NCBI GenBank assembly: GCA_041649555.1 | Contig: JBAZMS010000002.1 | Span: 67,898-131,897, forward strand | Reading direction: 5' to 3' | Length of the DNA stretch: 64,000 nucleotides | Origin: Candidatus Micrarchaeia archaeon | GTDB lineage: Archaea > Micrarchaeota > Micrarchaeia > Anstonellales > Bilamarchaeaceae | In this document: piece after piece, positions 37,152-45,076 of the stretch | Position numbering within the stretch: the stretch's first letter is position 1 | How the letters are laid out: every line of letters begins with the position of its first letter | Program-made: the position numbers and the translations under genes | The notes under the pieces: model-generated | Told to the model about the DNA's origin: nothing | The model's input: the letters and a program-made list of their open reading frames with translations, nothing else | Databases searched by the model: none

Positions 37152-37308
37152 GGGCTTGTAGTTCACCGGTAGAACGCTCCCTTGGCATGGGAGAGGCAGG
37201 GGGTTCAATATACTGTTTTGGGTTTAGGGTTTAGAAGTTTTGGGTTAATTATGCACAAAACTCAAAACTGAAAACAATCAGATTATTATGAAATTCCCCC
37301 CAAGTCCA
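37152..37308 (+). tRNA. tRNA-Ala (anticodon GGC) with an ~85-nt intron inside the T-loop
   Basis: Acceptor GGGCTTG/CAAGTCC with a G3:U70 wobble (alanine identity element). D-arm GTTC-ACCGGTA-GAAC. Anticodon arm CTCCC-TTGGCAT-GGGAG. T-stem GGGGG (37199-37203) pairs with CCCCC (37296-37300). T-loop TTCAA|..intron (~37209-37293)..|TT. Discriminator A37308; CCA not encoded. Confidence 0.7.
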
Positions 37309-37700
37309 TTTCTTTGTTTTGGGTTAATCTGCTTATAGGTTAGTTTTGAGAGTATATTAGGCAATTATATTACTAATTTATTCCACATTTTACCACAATT
37401 CATTTAAACCTTTCCAATCTATATATTATGCTCGCGCCTTTGGATTTTCCGGGTGCCTTGGAAAAAGGTATATTGCAGAACTCTCTGTTTGGCTATAACC
37501 AGCAATGTGATGTCTGGGCTTTATCTCATCGCATGAAGCTTGTGCCATTTAAGTAATTCTGTATTATGAAGAACGCAGTAATAACCAATGAGCTAGGTTT
37601 ATGTTGGCTCTTTCCTGCAGGTTCTTCGACCGAGTCCAGAAAGGTGCGGGCTGTTTTTTTCTTAATTTTGTTGTAATATATTTTTAAAAATTAATTAATT
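37309..37700. other. ~390-nt gene-free segment, candidate structured ncRNA (unassigned)
   Basis: No ORF >60 aa on either strand in a genome that is otherwise >90% coding. Contains GC-richer patches ('GCGCCTTTGGATTTTCCGGGTGCC', 'GAGTCCAGAAAGGTGCGGGCTG') and ends in a T7 run at ~37656-37662. Confidence 0.2.
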
Positions 37701-38225
37701 TTAAAGACCTTTGAGTTTATTCAAAATTTCTTGTTTTTTTCTTTCATTTTCCATTTCCCGCCTTTCTATAGCAGCTGTATAAAGTTCTTTTCCTTTTTCA
37801 CTTGTTATAAGCCAGAGATTAAGGCCGTTTATTATGCTACTTAGAATATTTTTTGGAAATTCCCCTTCATATTCCTTTATTCTTTTTATTAATTCATCAG
37901 CTGCCAGAGTTTTTGTTTCATCGGTTGTATTATCGAATATAACTTCTTTAAGAGTTCGCAAATTCATATCTACAATATTATCATGAGTGTATTCTTTTTT
38001 TGGTTTATCTTTATTTTTGGGTTTTTTTTTATCTGATTTCTTTAGTAATTCATCGCGAGCCTCGTATAATTCCCCCATGCGTACTTCTGCACTTGCATGC
38101 CCGGGATTTTTATCCGGATGATATCTTTTTGCAAGTCTTTTAAATGCTTTTTTTATCTCTTCTTTATTTGCATCCTGCCTAACCCCAAGAACTGTGTAAG
38201 GATTTCTTTTTTGTTTTCCGGTCAC
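37701..38225 (-). CDS. J-domain (DnaJ-like) protein
   Basis: 'NPYTVLGVRQDANKEEIKKAFKRLAKRYHPDKNP' with the HPD motif; the C-terminal ~100 aa are unassigned. Confidence 0.6.
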   Translation of the reverse strand: MTGKQKRNPYTVLGVRQDANKEEIKKAFKRLAKRYHPDKNPGHASAEVRMGELYEARDELLKKSDKKKPKNKDKPKKEYTHDNIVDMNLRTLKEVIFDNTTDETKTLAADELIKRIKEYEGEFPKNILSSIINGLNLWLITSEKGKELYTAAIERREMENERKKQEILNKLKGL

Positions 38226-38354
38226 AATATGATTTTGAATAATAGTGTTTTTAAATGTTACTTTTTATGTTTTATATTGTTTTAATGAAATCACATATGC
38301 AAAGAGTTTTATATTTACACCCCTAATATTACTTTCTTTAAAAAGGTAATTTTT

Positions 38355-41162
38355 ATGTCTGAATTAAAAAAAGTAAGCGATGCAATATGGAAAATTGAAA
38401 AAGAGGAAAGTATGAATGTCCCTGCATATGTTTTTGGAACAGAAAGAATAGTCCAGAAAATGAAGGGAGATAAGACATTTATCCAATTAAAAAATGCAGC
38501 GTCCCTTCCAGGAATAATTGATCGGGCCTGCGTTATGCCCGATGGCCATGAAGGATATGGTTTTCCAATTGGAGGAGTTGCAGCCTTTGATGCAAATGAG
38601 GGAATTGTTTCCCCCGGAGGCATAGGGTATGATATTAACTGCCTTCATCCAGATTCAAAAATTTTAACTTCCCTTGGCTATACAAAAAAAATAAAAGAGT
38701 TTGAAAATGATTTTTCCTTTATGGTCCAGACAAATGGAACAATTCTAATGCATGGAAAATCTTCCCTATGCACTGGAAATTTAAATCGAAATGCAATTTC
38801 ATTTATGTATAAACAATATGAAGGAATTCTTTACTCTGTTTCAACTCTTTCAAATGCAGTTTCTCTAACTCCTGACCATCCAATATTTACTATAAATGGA
38901 AAAAAACTTCCAGATCAATTAAAAGAGGGCGATTTAATCCTGGTATATCCTTTCGAAGGAGTTCAATATTCCCCACTTGATGGAAATGAAGAAGAAATTG
39001 CAAGATATGCAAAATTACTTGGATATTTGACTGGAGACGGAACCCTGACTTATTGTGGAAAAAAGTTGAGAGTAACTTTTTTTGGAAAGGAAAAAGATCT
39101 TGAAAAAATAAAAGAGGATGTAACTTTTTTAGGTTATCATTCCCATTTGCGTACAAGAACAAGAAAACATAAAATAAATGAAAAAGAATTTATTTCAACT
39201 AATTCAGAGCTTCATGTGTATTCTGATGAATTTGCAAAAAAACTGCTCGAACTTGAAGCTCCACTCGGAAATAAGACAAAAACCATTTTTAGAATTCCAA
39301 ACTGGATAAGGCAATCTCCATTATGGATAAAAAGATTATATCTTGCATCTCTTTTTGGAGCAGAGCTTTCTAGTCCAAAAACCTCTTCAAAAACCGGATT
39401 TTATATGCCTATTTTAAGTATGAACAAGGAAGAAAAATTAGAAGAAAATTTAAGGGGGTTTTTTCTTGATTTAACAGAGCTTCTCAAGGAATTTTCAGTA
39501 GAGGTTTCAAAAATTGCCTTTGTTGAAAAAATAAAAGATAAGATAAGATTAAGATTGGAAATTGATGGAACTGAAGAAAATATTGAAAATTTATATTCAA
39601 AAATAGGTTTTGAGTATAATGAAGATAGGCTGTTTCTTGGGCTTTGCACGATTTTATATATAAGATATAAGAGGCAATATCGAGATAAAAGAGAAGAAAT
39701 AAGGGCAAAGGTAGTTGAATATAAATCAAAAGGGTTTTCCTTAAAGGAACTTCAAAAAAGATTCTCTGGAAAATGGGCAAACAATAGATTTATCGAAAGA
39801 GCATATTATGAAAATAAAAGTGCTAGAGCTCCATTGTCAATTAAAAGTTTTAATGATTTTGCAGCCAAACAAAAAGAATATTATTCTTCCTTTGGTGCAT
39901 TAGCCTCGCCTATTTTAGATATTTCAAAAACTAATTATTCTGGAAAGGTTTTTGATTTTACTATAGAAGGAGTTCATAAATTTATTGCACAGCAAATAGT
40001 AGTTTCAAATTGCGGCGTCAGGCTGTTAACAACTAATTTAACCGAAGACCAAGTCCGCCCAAAAATAAAAGAATTATGCGATAAATTATTCAAAAATGTT
40101 CCTTCAGGAGTTGGTTCAGAAAGCAAACTAAAAATCTCTCATGAAGAACTAGACAGTGCAGTAGAGCTTGGAATTGATTGGGCAATAGAAAAAGGATATG
40201 GCAGGAAAGAAGATAAACAGAGAACAGAAGAATATGGAAGAATGATTGGAGCTGATGCAACAGCAGTATCTCCTACTGCAAAAAAAAGAGGAAAAACACA
40301 ATTTGGAACGCTTGGTGCGGGAAATCATTTTTTAGAAATTCAAAAAATAGAAAAAATACATGATGAAAATTCTGCAAAATCATTTGGTCTTGAAGAAGGA
40401 AAAATTGCAGTAATGATTCATTGCGGTTCTAGAGGCTATGGCCATCAAATCTGTTCTGATGCCCTTCCAATACTTTTAACTTATGCAAGGAAAAATAATA
40501 TTTCACTTCCTGATCCAGAATTAGTTTATGCTCCAATACAAAGTGAGGAAGGACAAAAATACCTAAAAGGAATGCAATGCGGTGTAAATTATGCATTCAT
40601 AAACAGGCATGTAATTATGCACTGGGTAAGAGAAACCTTTGATGAGGTATTTGGAAAAGGAACTTCTGATTCAATGAATCTTGTATACGATGTTGCGCAT
40701 AATATCGCAAAATTTGAAAAACACCTTGTTAATGGAAAAACCCAAGAATTATTGGTGCATAGAAAAGGAGCAACAAGGGCATTTCCAAAAGGAAGGGAAG
40801 AATTGCCCATTGAATATCGCTCAATCGGACAGCCGGTTTTAATTCCAGGTTCAATGGGAACTGCAAGCTATGTTTTAGTTGGAGAGGAAAAAGGCCTTGA
40901 GGTTTCCTGGGGTTCAACCTGCCATGGTGCAGGAAGAGTGATGAGCAGGGGGGAGGCAATAAGGTCTTTTAGGGGAGATAAATTAAGAGATGAACTCTGG
41001 AACCAAAATAAAATATATGTTCGCGCAACTAACCCCAAAGTAATTGCAGAAGAGGCTCCAAATGCTTATAAGGATGTTGATGAAGTAGTTGAGAGCGTTG
41101 TAAAGGCAGGGATAAGCAAAATTACTGCAAGAATGAAACCTATAGGGGTAGTTAAAGGATAA
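38355..41162 (+). CDS. rtcB: tRNA-splicing ligase RtcB, interrupted by an intein
   Basis: Exteins: 'MPDGHEGYGFPIGGVAAF', 'GGIGYDIN|C...N|CGVRLLTT', 'GAGNHFLEIQ', 'HCGSRGYGHQ', 'HNIA', 'HRKGATRA' (metal/GMP site residues). 935 aa minus a 457-aa intein = 478 aa, the usual RtcB size. Confidence 0.85.
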   Translation: MSELKKVSDAIWKIEKEESMNVPAYVFGTERIVQKMKGDKTFIQLKNAASLPGIIDRACVMPDGHEGYGFPIGGVAAFDANEGIVSPGGIGYDINCLHPDSKILTSLGYTKKIKEFENDFSFMVQTNGTILMHGKSSLCTGNLNRNAISFMYKQYEGILYSVSTLSNAVSLTPDHPIFTINGKKLPDQLKEGDLILVYPFEGVQYSPLDGNEEEIARYAKLLGYLTGDGTLTYCGKKLRVTFFGKEKDLEKIKEDVTFLGYHSHLRTRTRKHKINEKEFISTNSELHVYSDEFAKKLLELEAPLGNKTKTIFRIPNWIRQSPLWIKRLYLASLFGAELSSPKTSSKTGFYMPILSMNKEEKLEENLRGFFLDLTELLKEFSVEVSKIAFVEKIKDKIRLRLEIDGTEENIENLYSKIGFEYNEDRLFLGLCTILYIRYKRQYRDKREEIRAKVVEYKSKGFSLKELQKRFSGKWANNRFIERAYYENKSARAPLSIKSFNDFAAKQKEYYSSFGALASPILDISKTNYSGKVFDFTIEGVHKFIAQQIVVSNCGVRLLTTNLTEDQVRPKIKELCDKLFKNVPSGVGSESKLKISHEELDSAVELGIDWAIEKGYGRKEDKQRTEEYGRMIGADATAVSPTAKKRGKTQFGTLGAGNHFLEIQKIEKIHDENSAKSFGLEEGKIAVMIHCGSRGYGHQICSDALPILLTYARKNNISLPDPELVYAPIQSEEGQKYLKGMQCGVNYAFINRHVIMHWVRETFDEVFGKGTSDSMNLVYDVAHNIAKFEKHLVNGKTQELLVHRKGATRAFPKGREELPIEYRSIGQPVLIPGSMGTASYVLVGEEKGLEVSWGSTCHGAGRVMSRGEAIRSFRGDKLRDELWNQNKIYVRATNPKVIAEEAPNAYKDVDEVVESVVKAGISKITARMKPIGVVKG
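38640..40010 (+). mobile_element. intein with LAGLIDADG homing-endonuclease domain inside rtcB
   Basis: Begins with Cys (CLHPDSKILTSLGY) right after the extein 'GYDIN'. Two LAGLIDADG-type motifs ('LLGYLTGDGTL', 'LYLASLFGAELS'). Ends '...VVSN' followed by extein 'CGVRL'. Confidence 0.75.
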
Positions 41163-41175
41163 TGTAATTCCTGTT

Positions 41176-42141
41176 TTATTTTTTAATTAAATAATTATAT
41201 CCAGGTGTCCATTCATCAGTTCTAAGAATTACTGAATCTATCGTATTTATTACATTTGGAAATTTTTCCTTTAATTTTTTAATTATTCCATAGTATTCAT
41301 CATAATTTTTAATCACGAATTCAAGTTCTATTCTCCAAATATTTCTTATAAAATATTGGATTTGAGGTATTTGGCTGCAATATTCCAATAACATCTTTTC
41401 CTCCTCTTTGGTATAACTGTCAATTTTGATCATTGCCTTATAATGTTCAAGATTTAGTTTTATCAAATCAATTTGGACTCTATATTGGAGTATTATCTCT
41501 AATTTTTCCATCCTTTTTATTTTTGAAATTACAGTTGTAGGGTTTGTTGAGGCATATCTTGCTATCTCCACTGTAGAACTTCTTGCATTGGAAATGAGAT
41601 ACTCTAATATTTTTTGATCTGTTTTATCTAATTTATTCTGGATAATTTTACCTGCAAATTCTACAGGTTTACATAGCTCATTATTAAAATACATTTTTGG
41701 ATATTGCTTAACATCTAAAAGCCAGTCTCCATAAAAATCAATAATTATGTCTTTAAATTCAGAAATAATCTTATTTTTTAAATCATAAAAAACATAAATA
41801 TCATCTGAATATGCTGCAAATATAAGATCCCATGAGCCGTCGCATTCTCCCATCCAGTATATATTTATAAATTTTCTAAGAGAATCGATAAGAACTTCTT
41901 TTCTGTTTGGAATATTTTTTAATTTAATATATACTTTAAATAACTGAAAACCCATTTTATTTGGATTTATTGAGGTTGTAAATCCAGTGAGTATCCCATT
42001 TTTTATGAGCTGATTTATTCTATATGCAACTGTTTGTCTTGAACGGCGTATTTTTTTGCCAAGTTCACTATCTGAAATTCTGCAATTTTTATCTAATTCA
42101 CTTAAGATTTGTTTGTCGATTTTATCGAGTTTATATTCCAT
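41176..42141 (-). CDS. tandem Lrp/AsnC-type transcriptional regulator (two HTH + RAM modules)
   Basis: 'DKIDKQILSELDKNCRISDSELGKKIRRSRQTVAYRINQLIKNGIL' and a second copy 'DKTDQKILEYLISNARSSTVEIARYASTNPTTVISKIKRMEKL'. ATG at 42141 (MEYKL) preferred over the GTG at 42150. Confidence 0.6.
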   Translation of the reverse strand: MEYKLDKIDKQILSELDKNCRISDSELGKKIRRSRQTVAYRINQLIKNGILTGFTTSINPNKMGFQLFKVYIKLKNIPNRKEVLIDSLRKFINIYWMGECDGSWDLIFAAYSDDIYVFYDLKNKIISEFKDIIIDFYGDWLLDVKQYPKMYFNNELCKPVEFAGKIIQNKLDKTDQKILEYLISNARSSTVEIARYASTNPTTVISKIKRMEKLEIILQYRVQIDLIKLNLEHYKAMIKIDSYTKEEEKMLLEYCSQIPQIQYFIRNIWRIELEFVIKNYDEYYGIIKKLKEKFPNVINTIDSVILRTDEWTPGYNYLIKK

Positions 42142-42250
42142 AAATATCACTTATATTTAGCATTTTAAAAGAAAAAGTATTAAAATAGTATGTTTTTGCA
42201 AAAAATTGAAAGATATATTTAATATATTTCTAATGTTCTAATAGATGTGG
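42114..42250. repeat. bidirectional promoter region, copy A (Lrp <-> radical SAM)
   Basis: ~130-nt segment ~90% identical to 43513-43650, including the first 9 codons of the Lrp gene on the minus strand. Confidence 0.75.
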
Positions 42251-42257
42251 TGATAAT

Positions 42258-43433
42258 ATGAAAAGGATGGTATTACCTCAAAATGTTGAAAAGGTGTTTT
42301 CGGGAAAAATGCCTAACGGTTTTATTAACAATGTAAATGGCTGGTTTTTTACCAAAAGGGAGGTAAAACAAGCAGCAAAGAAAGGTAAATTGCTAACCTT
42401 AGATGTGGATATGAGTGGTAAAGGAATATGTTCACTCAAATGCCCTCATTGCTTTAGAAGATCAAATGAATTTTTAAAAATGAAAGTGCGTGATTTTGTA
42501 AGTTATGATGAGTTACTTGTAAGAATTGATGAAGCAAGAAAACTTGGTCTTAAATCTGTAAAATTAATTGGCCCAGGAGAGCCTTTAGAGGATCCAAACT
42601 TCATAAAACTTTTAATTGCCTTAAGAAAAAGGAATATAACCCCCATAGTGTTTACTAAATCATATATTCTTGGAGATGATTCTCTTTGCCAAAAACTTCA
42701 TGGAATGGATGGAAAGACAATGATTAAACTTTTAAAAGAATTGGATGTGAGTATTTTATTTGGCGTAACTTCTTTTAATTCTGAATATGAAGATGGGGTA
42801 GTCGGCAGAATTGGATTTCATAAAGCAAGAGAAGAAGCAATAAGAAGACTTTGTGAGGCAGGATTTAATGAATTTGTTCCAGGACAGGCAACAAGACTTG
42901 CAATGGTATTTAATCCAATAACCCCTTATAATATAAACGAAATTTATGATGCTTATGTGTGGGCAAGAGAGAGAAATATACATCCAATATCATCCCCAAC
43001 AATGGTTGCAGGAAAAGGACTTGATACAATATCTTCCATACTTCCAGATAAAGATAAGTTGATTGACCTTTATGTTAAAATAAACCTTTGGGCAATAGAA
43101 CATGAAGTTTATACCCTTAGTGATATTAAAAAATATGGAGTAGCATCCTATGTTGGGGGCCACTGGTGCAATCAGATCTCAGTTGGAATGTTTATGAGAG
43201 GAGATGGAATAGTTCTTAGATGCCCTGGTGATGATATAACCATCCAAGGAGATATTAATGAACAATCTTTGACTCAAATATGGAACAATAGTGAAAACAA
43301 AAGAAAATACGCAGGCCAGTTTAACAATGGGTGTCCTCCAAAAGATGGACAGAATAGTACTGGTGCAAGATCTTTTCCGGAAGGGTTTTTTGTCGAAGTT
43401 AAAAGACGCATATTGGATTATTTTAAAAGGTAA
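42258..43433 (+). CDS. radical SAM enzyme with C-terminal Cys-rich (SPASM/twitch-like) region
   Basis: 'CSLKCPHC' (Cx3Cx2C), 'LIGPGEPLEDPNF' (GGEPL-like), C-terminal Cys in 'GHWCNQ', 'LRCPGDD', 'NNGCPP'. Confidence 0.7.
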   Translation: MKRMVLPQNVEKVFSGKMPNGFINNVNGWFFTKREVKQAAKKGKLLTLDVDMSGKGICSLKCPHCFRRSNEFLKMKVRDFVSYDELLVRIDEARKLGLKSVKLIGPGEPLEDPNFIKLLIALRKRNITPIVFTKSYILGDDSLCQKLHGMDGKTMIKLLKELDVSILFGVTSFNSEYEDGVVGRIGFHKAREEAIRRLCEAGFNEFVPGQATRLAMVFNPITPYNINEIYDAYVWARERNIHPISSPTMVAGKGLDTISSILPDKDKLIDLYVKINLWAIEHEVYTLSDIKKYGVASYVGGHWCNQISVGMFMRGDGIVLRCPGDDITIQGDINEQSLTQIWNNSENKRKYAGQFNNGCPPKDGQNSTGARSFPEGFFVEVKRRILDYFKR

Positions 43434-43512
43434 ATCCTTTTATCACCAAAATAGCTAAACCCCCTTTCTTTAGAAGGGGGATTGCTATTATATTTTATGT
43501 CTACTTATTATC

Positions 43513-43650
43513 TGTCGATTTTATCGAGTTTGTATTCCATAAATATCACATATATTTGGCATTTTAAAAGAAAAAGTATTAAAATATTATGTTTTTGCAA
43601 AAAATTAAAGAGAATATTTAATATATAAGTTCTGTTCTAATGTTATATAA
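43513..43650. repeat. bidirectional promoter region, copy B (upstream of the 439-aa gene), carrying a truncated Lrp 5' fragment
   Basis: Minus strand reads ATG GAA TAC AAA CTC GAT AAA ATC GAC AGA TAA (MEYKLDKIDR*), a truncated duplicate of the Lrp start. 'AAGGTGGTAAA' Shine-Dalgarno before ATG 43660. Confidence 0.75.
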
Positions 43651-43659
43651 GGTGGTAAA

Positions 43660-44979
43660 ATGTCAAATTTAGAAGGTTATTTAAATAATGTGGATGGTGT
43701 TACTAAACAAGCGATCCAGAAAAAAGTATTAACAAGAATGGATCTTAAAGGAGAGAATAGATTCTATAATTCTATAGAAGCGAAAACTAAGATTAGATTG
43801 TTTGATACATTAGTTTATCTCTTACATTACTATTCAGGGTCTGATGAGGAAACAGTTAAACAGAACACATTACAAAAGTTAATTGAATTTTGTGTGAATC
43901 ATGGAGCATTTTTCAATTTGTTAGAACTATCTGATGATAAAGAGTTACCTCCTATTGTAAGAGAAGCATTTAAGAATAATATGGCAAATGCAATTTTACA
44001 TTTTATTAAAAACCACCATTTTTCTCTTTATGAAATAGTATATATATCCAAAAGTGAGAACTTTCATCCATTAATAAGACAAGTTGCTATGGATAACTTA
44101 AATGATTCAGCCCTATATCATATTGAAAATGGAGCTAGCGTGATTGATCTAATAAGCATAGCTAATGATACCAAAATGTTTTCTCCATCTGTTAGAAATA
44201 TTGCTTCTGATGATATAAAAATTAGGACAAAGTATTATATAGAACATACAGTAAAAGAAAAAAACTGGCCTGGTGCTGACTCCTTTATCAAAAGCTTTAA
44301 TACTCTTTCGAAAAATCAAATTTCTTTATCTGTGTTGCAAGACGATCAATATCATAAGTTGATTGAAGAATTAATATGTGGGGTTTTTTCTATTGAGTAT
44401 AACGAATATAGAAAGGATAGTTCTAATGGGAATTTTGCTATTATATTTGTAAATATAGTAATTTTGTTATTCCAAGCAATACCTGAAAATTTCTATGAAT
44501 CTGTTTCACAGAAATTTTTTGAAGTAATGAAACGGAATCCTACGATCGTATATATGTTAACAAATGATGAGGCTCTCCCACTATCTTTACGCGAATTTTT
44601 TGGATCTAAATACTTAGATTTGATCGAAAATAATTCGCATGATAAAATAAAATTCTGTAATAAAATGGTTAAAATATGTAATAGTGAAAATTCCCCTTCA
44701 TCAATGAGAATATATGCTGGAAAACAATATGTGTGTGCCCTTTTAGATACTTATATGCACCCGGAGGATCTTTTACTTAAATTAATTAAAAATGAAAAAA
44801 CTTTAGGAGAGGTAAGAGTGTTTGCCCAAATAAAATTGAATCAGATCTTTAAAAAAGTAATTGATGAATTAAAATTAAATGAAAGAAATCCTCTTGAAAG
44901 GGACGGAATTATAAGTAAACCTAAATTTAGATTTATAAAAAAACTAGTCAAACCTTTTAGGCGTCTAGTTAAAACATAA
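43660..44979 (+). CDS. hypothetical alpha-helical protein (439 aa)
   Basis: No motif recognised; driven by the duplicated promoter. Confidence 0.3.
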   Translation: MSNLEGYLNNVDGVTKQAIQKKVLTRMDLKGENRFYNSIEAKTKIRLFDTLVYLLHYYSGSDEETVKQNTLQKLIEFCVNHGAFFNLLELSDDKELPPIVREAFKNNMANAILHFIKNHHFSLYEIVYISKSENFHPLIRQVAMDNLNDSALYHIENGASVIDLISIANDTKMFSPSVRNIASDDIKIRTKYYIEHTVKEKNWPGADSFIKSFNTLSKNQISLSVLQDDQYHKLIEELICGVFSIEYNEYRKDSSNGNFAIIFVNIVILLFQAIPENFYESVSQKFFEVMKRNPTIVYMLTNDEALPLSLREFFGSKYLDLIENNSHDKIKFCNKMVKICNSENSPSSMRIYAGKQYVCALLDTYMHPEDLLLKLIKNEKTLGEVRVFAQIKLNQIFKKVIDELKLNERNPLERDGIISKPKFRFIKKLVKPFRRLVKT

Positions 44980-45076
44980 TCCTCTCCCTTCTTTTTTATT
45001 TAAGTATCGAATAGGATATTTATCACATAAAGATATATTTATAAACACTTCTATCCATATACTATCATAGATATAT

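Noticed and set aside
37309-37700. Assigning the non-coding block specifically to RNase P RNA because of 'CAGAACTCTCTGTTTGGCTATAA' and 'GAGTCCAGAAAGGTGCGGGC' (P4-like strings)
   Set aside because: The two P4-like strings are in the wrong order and orientation for a canonical RNase P RNA, and other conserved regions could not be placed. Left as an unassigned ncRNA candidate.
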